64,000 nucleotides of DNA from a virus (Duplodnaviria; Caudoviricetes). The stretch's first letter is position 1; every line of letters starts with the position of its first letter. This document shows positions 57,598 through 64,000 of the stretch, piece after piece. The notes beneath the pieces were generated by a model. The model did no database searches. It saw only the letters and a list, made by a program, of their open reading frames with translations, and had not been told where the DNA came from. The DNA is taken from IMG/VR virus record IMGVR_UViG_3300028886_000051. One strand, written 5' to 3'. The translations under genes and the position numbers were made by a program.

Positions 57598-57699
57598 TCA
57601 ACCAAACAATTCTCAATAAAAATGAAAATCAAATAGAGAATAAGTAAGTGAAAGGAGTGAGTGGCAGCCTTAAAGATATATCGCTCTGAGTAAATTACA

Positions 57700-58524
57700 A
57701 TGTACGAACCAGTAATTAAATGGAGTGGAAGTAAGAGAAGTCAGGCAGAGAAAATTTTAACATTTTTCCCAAAAGAGATTGATACATATTATGAACCATT
57801 TTGCGGTGGAGCTTCAGTTTTAAGAAGACTTTTCGATAGCGATATACGAGTTAAGCATTATGTATGTAGTGATTTGAATAGTGGGCTGATTGACTTATGG
57901 AATGAAATCATTAACAATCCGTTAGAAGTTTCTACCTATTACAAGAAGCTTTGGAATGAATTAAATGTGGATGATGATAAGCAACGAAAGAAAGAATATT
58001 TTGCAAATGTTAGAGACAGATATAACAAAGAACATAATCCTTTAGATTTTATGTTTATTATGAGAACAACAACCAATGGTATGCCAAGATATAATCGCAA
58101 TGGCGAATTTAATAATTCATTTCATGTGACTAGAAATGGTATTATTCCTGAAACATTTGAGAAGATAATTTTTGAATGGAGTCAATTATTGAAACAGAAT
58201 GATGTTAAATTTATCAGTTGTTCGTATGAAGATATAAAACCAACAGAGAATGATTATATGTATCTTGATCCACCTTATGCAAATACAAAAGGTATGTATT
58301 ATGGAACTATTGATTATGAAAAATTTTGGGATTATTTAAGACAGTTACCATGCAGATATGCTTTATCTTTTGATGGCAAGAGTGGTGATATAGATAATAC
58401 TTGGAATGTTCCTAAAGACATATATACAACACATGAGTATTTACTAAGTGGTAATAGTAGTTTTAAACGTACAATTGGCAAATCGAACGACAGCATTGTT
58501 TACGAAAGTTTGTATGTAAAGTAG
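57700..58524 (+). CDS. Dam/D12-class DNA adenine methyltransferase
   Basis: KWSGSK, YYEPFCGG, RYNRNGEFN and YLDPPY. Confidence 0.9.
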   Translation: MYEPVIKWSGSKRSQAEKILTFFPKEIDTYYEPFCGGASVLRRLFDSDIRVKHYVCSDLNSGLIDLWNEIINNPLEVSTYYKKLWNELNVDDDKQRKKEYFANVRDRYNKEHNPLDFMFIMRTTTNGMPRYNRNGEFNNSFHVTRNGIIPETFEKIIFEWSQLLKQNDVKFISCSYEDIKPTENDYMYLDPPYANTKGMYYGTIDYEKFWDYLRQLPCRYALSFDGKSGDIDNTWNVPKDIYTTHEYLLSGNSSFKRTIGKSNDSIVYESLYVK

Positions 58525-58779
58525 AGAATATATATAAGTAGCAAGAAACCTGCGTTTCATTGGTTTCGCAAACCTAGTATTTACAATGGTTTCAGAGGTC
58601 AAAAATTTCAAAAATGCTCAAATCGAGCAAAAATCCCTAATTTTCAATGATTTTTAGAGAATAATAAAAATGAGGTGTTGAAAACCCTTATAAATCAAGG
58701 GTTTTACAGTATCAATATCAAGAAACAGAGAATATAAGAATAGTAAGAAATCACTGTTTCTTTGGAAAATTAAAAAAGA

Positions 58780-58929
58780 CATTGTGTGGTAAGTCTCCGA
58801 AAAGGGGTATGGAGAGTCTGAGCAGACGGATAGTGAGTTGGGATTGAGGTTTGAGACCTATGAGAAATAAGCTTCTGCAATGAGAAACCCTAGCTTTGCT
58901 GTAAGGTTCAAATCCTTACCCACACAATG
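58780..58929 (+). ncRNA. tRNA-like structured RNA, about 150 nt
   Basis: Closing stem CATTGTGTGG/CCACACAATG stacked on a T-arm GTAAGG-TTCAAAT-CCTTAC; enlarged branched interior; no canonical anticodon arm. Confidence 0.6.
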
Positions 58930-59498
58930 AGATAAAAAAAAGAATATATAAGTGAGGTGAGAAAGATAGAGAATCTTATAAACTTATCAGATATTATTCT
59001 TGATAATTTAGAGAATATACATATAGACGCAAAAGGTACTGTCTTAGGAGAACCTAAAAGCATAAACATTGGAATTGATATTTCAGATTTAAATAATGCA
59101 GAAATGGAAATTACATGTTGGGACGAAAGAAATCCTACAACTGGGAAAATGGAGCGTAAGAAAAAAGCAACAATTAGTTTCACAGATTATGAAATGAATT
59201 ATAAGTTGCAGGATGAAACTAAAACAAACATATTGGAATGTTTGTGGAAAACAAGAAAAAGTAATTAAAATATCTAATCATCCTTGAACAAATCGTTCAA
59301 AATTTCTAGTAAACAAGAGAATAAATAAATGTGGAAAGCATTTGTATGGGTGGAAGAACAGCATACCCTTGGGTTTTTATACTCAAAAATCACTGTTGAA
59401 GATAGATTTTTACATAAATTTATTTTCTATGTTCCGTCCATTAGGGCGTTTAGATATAAGTTATCAATTAAATTTTATTATAAGGAGGATACTTTAGA

Positions 59499-60449
59499 AT
59501 GGCATTTAAAGTACAAAAAGCAGTAAGAGAAAAAATTTATACAAAGGTAGCACTCATGGCACCTTCAGGTGGTGGTAAGACTTATTCAGCATTAAGACTT
59601 GCTACAGGAATGAAAGAGGAACTTGAAAAGATTACAGGAAAGCCTTGCAGAATCTTAATGGCTAATACAGAGGGAGCAAGAGGTAGATATTACGCTAACG
59701 AGTTTGATTATGACATTATTGACCTCGTAGAGCCTTTCAATCCAGAGCAGTTTTCAGACGCAATTGATTTTGCAGTAAATGAAGGATATGACATTCTTCT
59801 TATGGATAGCACTTCTCCTGAGTGGGATGGTAAAGGTGGATGTCTTGAATTACAGCAGAAGGCTGGCGGTACATATCAGGCATGGGGTAAGGTAACTCCT
59901 AGACATGACGCATTTATCAATAAGCTTGCAACAAGTCCTATTCACTTAATCGCAACTATGAGAGGTAAGGATCAGTATGAGATTGAGAAGGATGATAGAG
60001 GTAAGACAAGCGTTAAGAAGCTTGGTGTTGGTGCAAAGCAGAGAGATGGTTTTGAGTATGAGTTCACTTGTACATTTACAGTAGACCAGAAAACACATAT
60101 GGCAGAGCCACAGAAAGATAACACTCATATCTTCGAGAATGACAATGCAACACTTCTTACAGAAGCACATGGTCAGAAGATTATTAAGTGGGCAAACACT
60201 TCTGATATTGAGCCAACAAGACCTAAGTTCACAGCATCCACAGCAGCAACAGAGCCAACAGAAGACATTACAGCAGTCAAGAAAGAGATTATTTCTCTTT
60301 GCACTCAGCTTGGAGGAACAAAGAACGAAGCTCTTATGACAACATTAAAAGAGTTTGTGCCTAGCGGAAATCCAAATGCAATTAAGGATGTGCAGAAAGC
60401 AAAGGATTGTTTAGCAAAGATTAAAGAGATTCAGCCAGTACAGGCGTAA
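59499..60449 (+). CDS. Phage AAA ATPase, Sak4-like single-strand annealing family
   Basis: Walker A APSGGGKT and LLMDS; located directly upstream of ssb. Confidence 0.8.
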   Translation: MAFKVQKAVREKIYTKVALMAPSGGGKTYSALRLATGMKEELEKITGKPCRILMANTEGARGRYYANEFDYDIIDLVEPFNPEQFSDAIDFAVNEGYDILLMDSTSPEWDGKGGCLELQQKAGGTYQAWGKVTPRHDAFINKLATSPIHLIATMRGKDQYEIEKDDRGKTSVKKLGVGAKQRDGFEYEFTCTFTVDQKTHMAEPQKDNTHIFENDNATLLTEAHGQKIIKWANTSDIEPTRPKFTASTAATEPTEDITAVKKEIISLCTQLGGTKNEALMTTLKEFVPSGNPNAIKDVQKAKDCLAKIKEIQPVQA

Positions 60450-60470
60450 TTATAAGGAGGACAAAAATAC

Positions 60471-60902
60471 ATGAATAAGACAATTTTAATGGGAAGACTC
60501 ACAAGAGATCCAGAGGTAAGATACACACAGGGCGACAATACATCGGCGGTAGCAAGATTTTCTCTTGCCGTTGACCGTAGATTCAAGAAAGATGGAGAAC
60601 AGACAGCAGATTTTATCAATTGTGTAGCTTTTGGTAAAACTGGCGAGTTTATTGAGAAGTATGGTCGTAAGGGTACAAAATTTGTTGTAGAAGGACGTAT
60701 TCAGACTGGTTCTTATACAAATAAGGATGGACAGAAGGTATATACAACAGATGTCGTTGTTGAGCAGGTTGAGTTTGCAGAGAGTAAGGCTTCTGCCGAT
60801 GGTAATGCAACTGGTAACACATATAATCCCGACAGTTCAACTGACACAGGCTTTATGAATATCCCTGACGGAGTGGAAGATGAAGGATTACCATTTAACT
60901 AA
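60471..60902 (+). CDS. ssb: Single-stranded DNA-binding protein
   Basis: MNKTILMGRLTRDPE, ADFINCVAFG and acidic tail ending DEGLPFN. Confidence 0.97.
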   Translation: MNKTILMGRLTRDPEVRYTQGDNTSAVARFSLAVDRRFKKDGEQTADFINCVAFGKTGEFIEKYGRKGTKFVVEGRIQTGSYTNKDGQKVYTTDVVVEQVEFAESKASADGNATGNTYNPDSSTDTGFMNIPDGVEDEGLPFN

Positions 60903-60918
60903 AAAGAGGTAAATATGC

Positions 60919-61968
60919 ATGGACTTTTTCTTGACAGGAAATAAAAAGAAAAATGGTAATAATAAATATGTTGAGGTCGAATGTTCTGTATGCAGTTATA
61001 AAAAATGGCAGAAAGAAAGATGTCTCGACCTTAACAAGCCATGCAATAGACTTAAACATTTACGCCCTGACTTGGCATGTTTATTGGACGATACCGAAGA
61101 TGATTTTCAATATACTCCAAAATCTCATAAAATAGCTCGATGGAAATGTCCTTGTTGTAATACAAAATTCAATAGAACAGTATCAACAGTTACCACCAGA
61201 GGGTTTAACTGTCCTGTTTGTAGTGTTGGAATATCATTTCCGAACAGAATGATGTATGAGATATTAAAACAGTTAAATGTAGTATTCCATAGAGAATATG
61301 AATTTAGTTGGGCAAAGAAGAAGTATTATGATTTCTATATAGAAGAAATAAATACTATTATTGAAATGCACGGACAACAGCATTATGCCGACTGCAAAAA
61401 CTCACGTTGGGGAAAATCTTTTGAAGATATTAACAAAAATGATTTATTAAAAAGAGAGTTGGCTTTAAATAATGGAATAGAAAACTATATCGTAATAGAT
61501 GCTAGTATTTCAGAATATGATTATATTTTTGAAAATATCAAAAATAGCGAATTATCAAAGCTCTACTGTGTATCAGATATAGATAAAACCGTAATACTTC
61601 ATAAAATATATTCTAATGATTTTGTAAAAGAAATTATTAGATTATGGGAGTCAGGAGAAACAATTAAAAATATTGCGAAGGATGTAGGGCTATTTCATAC
61701 AACTGTGAAAAATATTATAAAAAATGCAGCATTAGGTGGTTTAACATTTTATGATCCTAATATAGAGATAAAAAAGAATAATAAAAGAATTGGACTATTT
61801 AATGAAAAAAGAATTGTTTGTCTTAATGATAATGTTGAACATAAGTCTATTGTAGCTGCTTCACAATATTATTGTATTAATACAAAACCAATAAATGACT
61901 GTCTTAAAGGGAGAACAAAATATTGTAAGTGTAAAAATGGAGAAAGGTTGGTATTTGAATATGCCTGA
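60919..61968 (+). CDS. Zinc-ribbon plus PD-(D/E)xK endonuclease with NUMOD1-like tail (homing-endonuclease-like)
   Basis: WKCPCC, CPVC, YDFYI...IIEMHGQQHY and SIVAASQYY...INDCLKG. Confidence 0.7.
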   Translation: MDFFLTGNKKKNGNNKYVEVECSVCSYKKWQKERCLDLNKPCNRLKHLRPDLACLLDDTEDDFQYTPKSHKIARWKCPCCNTKFNRTVSTVTTRGFNCPVCSVGISFPNRMMYEILKQLNVVFHREYEFSWAKKKYYDFYIEEINTIIEMHGQQHYADCKNSRWGKSFEDINKNDLLKRELALNNGIENYIVIDASISEYDYIFENIKNSELSKLYCVSDIDKTVILHKIYSNDFVKEIIRLWESGETIKNIAKDVGLFHTTVKNIIKNAALGGLTFYDPNIEIKKNNKRIGLFNEKRIVCLNDNVEHKSIVAASQYYCINTKPINDCLKGRTKYCKCKNGERLVFEYA

Positions 61969-62311
61969 AGAAAAATCATTTAAATGTGCATATAAATATT
62001 GTTTACACCACGGACAAAAGGTTAAAGCCTCTGAGTCCGTGGTAATAAACAAGAAACATTACCATTGGGATTGTGCAGGTATGAAACAAGAAATTAAAGA
62101 CTGTGTAGATGCTTATATGGATTGTATAGAAGATAAAACACAGTTCCCTATTGCATGTAGAGCAATAAACACAATGGTTTTTAAAAACAAAGTACCTATA
62201 GAGTTCATCAGAAAAAATATTGAATCATCGAAATTATATTATTCAACAAAACCTGTTCAGATTCTATATGGGCTTAGAAAGTTATTTTACGAAAAAGAAT
62301 TTAAAGCATAG
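61961..62311 (+). CDS. Hypothetical Cys/His-rich replication-region protein
   Basis: CAYKYCLH...YHWDC; ATG overlaps the upstream stop region. Confidence 0.6.
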   Translation: MPEEKSFKCAYKYCLHHGQKVKASESVVINKKHYHWDCAGMKQEIKDCVDAYMDCIEDKTQFPIACRAINTMVFKNKVPIEFIRKNIESSKLYYSTKPVQILYGLRKLFYEKEFKA

Positions 62312-62322
62312 GCGGTGAGCAA

Positions 62323-64000
62323 TTGCTAATCGAAAAAACTGACATCGAAAAAGCTAAAGATAAACTTGGCGATAATAATGCCTTTTTAATGGCAGAACTA
62401 CTTGAATTAGAAAATTTTGATGACAAAAATCTGAAAGCCTGTTGTCCTTATCATAACGAGGATACTGCAAGCTTTATATATAACAAAAAAAATAAGACTT
62501 TTCATTGTTTTGGATGTAATAAAACGGTAGATATTATTGATGTCTTAATGGAAAAAGGAAATACATTCTTAGAAGCCGCCAAGTATCTATTCGAGAAGGC
62601 TGGTATCGAATACAGTTTTGGTGAAAAGGATGTAAGAACTCGTCACAATTATAGATATCCGCATGAAGAACCAATAAATGAAAAAGAGCATGTAGTTGAA
62701 TATTGGGGAAAACGTGGTATTTCAAAAAATGTAATCGACTATTTGGATATTCGAGAAGATTCGCATGGTAATGGCGTATTTAACTTTTATGATACAAACG
62801 ATGTTTTGACAATGGTTAAGTATAGACCTGCAAGAACAGTTGAAAAACATTCTGGTCAGCCTAAAACATGGTGTCAAAAAGACGCTGATACATCATCACT
62901 TTTGTTCAATATGAATAGAGTTAATACGTCAAAACCATTACTTATAACAGAAGGCGAGACAGACTGTGCGAGTGCTATTGAGGCAGGATATATCAATACA
63001 GTAAGTGTCCCTCTTGGGGCTGGCAATCTTCATTGGATTGAAGAAAATTGGGATTGGTTAAACAATTTTGATTCTATTATTATCTGGTCTGACAACGATG
63101 ATCCAGGTATTAAGATGAGAAAAGAATGTATTTATCGTCTTGGTACGTGGCGAACAAAATATATATCAACACCTGAATTCCTTGAAAAGGAGAACGGTAA
63201 GAGAGTTCCACTAAAGGATATCAATGATTGTTTACAAGTTGGAGGAAAAGAATTTGTTATGAATCTTATTTCAGAAGCAAAGGATGTTCCTGTAAAAAGT
63301 GTTGTTGATTATTCAGAGATTGAGGAGCTTGATATTTCTCAGATGGATGGCGTGAAAACTGGTATTAAACCATTAGACGATGAGTTGTTAAAAATCTTCT
63401 ATGGAACATTGACGGTATTATCAGGAAGACCTGGTAGTGGTAAGACGAGTATTATTGATCAGACAATAGCAAGAACTATTGATGATGGTAGTCCTGTATT
63501 TTTGTTTAGCAAGGAAATGCCTGAAAGAATGAGTGCAAACTGGTTCAATACAATTATTGCTGGCAGAAGAAATATGGTCGAAAGGACAAGCCGAGATAAC
63601 CGTAAATATTACATAGTTCCACAAGCAATACAAAAGAAAATGCAAGCACATTATAATAAGAAGCTTTTCATTTACAGAGATGATGAGCCAAATGATGTAG
63701 ACTCAGTTTTAAAATCTGCTGAAGAATGTGTTAGAAAGTTTGGGTGCAAGCTGATTGTACTTGATAATCTTATGATGATTGACTTGAATTGTTCTGAAAG
63801 TGACAAAAATACGGCACAAACAAATCTGATAAATGCACTTATTAAGTTTGCTGCTAAATTTAATGTAGCTGTTGTTCTGATAGCACATCCGAGAAAAACA
63901 CAAGATACAAATTCTGATATTGAAATGTATGACATATCTGGTACTTCTAATATTATCAATCTTGCTATGAGATCCATAGGTCTTAGAAGAGTTTCCAAAA
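62323..64000 (+). CDS. Primase-helicase (CHC2 zinc finger, TOPRIM, DnaB-like); truncated by the window end
   Basis: TTG start; CCPYHNEDTASF...HCFGC; ITEGETD; SDNDDPG; SGRPGSGKT; LIVLDNL. Missing from the ORF track because there is no stop in the window. Confidence 0.93.
   Translation, partial: MLIEKTDIEKAKDKLGDNNAFLMAELLELENFDDKNLKACCPYHNEDTASFIYNKKNKTFHCFGCNKTVDIIDVLMEKGNTFLEAAKYLFEKAGIEYSFGEKDVRTRHNYRYPHEEPINEKEHVVEYWGKRGISKNVIDYLDIREDSHGNGVFNFYDTNDVLTMVKYRPARTVEKHSGQPKTWCQKDADTSSLLFNMNRVNTSKPLLITEGETDCASAIEAGYINTVSVPLGAGNLHWIEENWDWLNNFDSIIIWSDNDDPGIKMRKECIYRLGTWRTKYISTPEFLEKENGKRVPLKDINDCLQVGGKEFVMNLISEAKDVPVKSVVDYSEIEELDISQMDGVKTGIKPLDDELLKIFYGTLTVLSGRPGSGKTSIIDQTIARTIDDGSPVFLFSKEMPERMSANWFNTIIAGRRNMVERTSRDNRKYYIVPQAIQKKMQAHYNKKLFIYRDDEPNDVDSVLKSAEECVRKFGCKLIVLDNLMMIDLNCSESDKNTAQTNLINALIKFAAKFNVAVVLIAHPRKTQDTNSDIEMYDISGTSNIINLAMRSIGLRRVSK

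Larger units (their letters stand above)
5559..58760. repeat. Dispersed dyad repeat family (G/T)AA(A/T)-N6-TTT(C/A), about 34 copies at gene boundaries
   Basis: GAAA-N6-TTTC at 6261, 11934, 14118, 16448, 20142, 26758, 30553, 34337, 38626, 39698, 58545, 58747. GAAT-N6-TTTC at 20736, 26495, 27777, 36539, 43259, 49325, 50813, 53975. TAAA-N6-TTTC at 15226, 19373, 19658, 51972, 56918. GAAA-N6-TTTA at 5858, 15437, 15738, 21108. Other variants at 5559, 20465, 47555, 48558, 55043. Confidence 0.85.
1..64000 (+). mobile_element. Internal segment of a large Firmicutes phage or prophage (early, accessory and replication regions)
   Basis: Dense co-oriented short ORFs, mostly hypothetical. Phage-type AAA ATPase/SSB/primase-helicase module, several orphan methyltransferases, a sigma factor and PcfJ. 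No housekeeping operons and no element ends visible. Confidence 0.9.

Noticed and set aside
5559-58760. Dyad repeats interpreted as a CRISPR array, terminators or classical attC sites
   Set aside because: They are separated by whole genes, with no cas genes, no GC stem/U-tract and no RYYYAAC...GTTRRRY bottom-strand hairpin; arm variants do not covary.
58780-58929. Canonical tRNA, tRNA-Sec or tmRNA
   Set aside because: No standard D and anticodon arms, wrong length, and no tag reading frame.
59286-59298. GAAC-AAATC-GTTC as a LexA box upstream of the replication module
   Set aside because: The spacer is 5 nt rather than the 4 of the Firmicutes consensus.
59329-59526. 65-aa ORF upstream of the AAA ATPase
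   Set aside because: No SD and it overlaps the ATPase start; more likely a leader or promoter region.
1532-63998. Most minus-strand ORFs in the track (e.g. 1532-2110, 22024-22419, 63672-63998)
   Set aside because: Antisense shadows of well-supported + strand genes, with no SD or recognisable motifs.
1-64000. Stop-codon reassignment
   Set aside because: Recognisable genes are full length under code 11 and end in TAA, TAG or TGA.

Overview
This window is a 64 kb slice of a large, AT-rich phage or prophage of a low-GC Gram-positive host. A Clostridia-type host is inferred from Firmicutes-type Shine-Dalgarno (SD) sites and LexA boxes. Almost all genes are on the + strand and no virion genes are visible. 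Layout: (i) 1-2.5 kb, an RNA-rich region with a candidate large structured ncRNA, a type III hammerhead and an HDV-like ribozyme; (ii) 2.6-21.6 kb, many small hypothetical genes plus RadC/JAB, a beta-clamp homologue, an orphan HicA and an HExxH peptidase; (iii) 21.6-26.4 kb, a regulatory core with an intact tyrosine recombinase, a LexA-boxed promoter, a sigma-70/DUF262 fusion and a ParB-like gene; (iv) 26.5-59 kb, accessory genes including an RlmN-like radical SAM, five DNA methyltransferases, a complete pncA-pncB-nadD-nadE NAD salvage operon, a TnpB element, Pth2, a PAPS reductase-like gene, PcfJ, Thg1 and a tRNA-like RNA; (v) from 59.5 kb, a replication module with a Sak4-like ATPase, SSB, an endonuclease and a primase-helicase. 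The strongest unexplained signal is about 34 copies of a dyad site, GAAA-N6-TTTC (extended consensus about caaGAAW-N6-TTTCttgg). The 6-bp spacers are almost all different and the sites sit at gene or operon boundaries, cutting the accessory regions into cassette-like units. This suggests an integron-like or pdif-like cassette system, possibly run by the resident tyrosine recombinase; that mechanism is an untested inference. Other notable signals are a -1 frameshift signal that would add a target-recognition-like domain to a circularly permuted C5 methyltransferase, palindrome-bearing leaders on the DNA-modification genes, and tandem NrdR boxes. All product calls come from motif recognition by eye; no searches were run.
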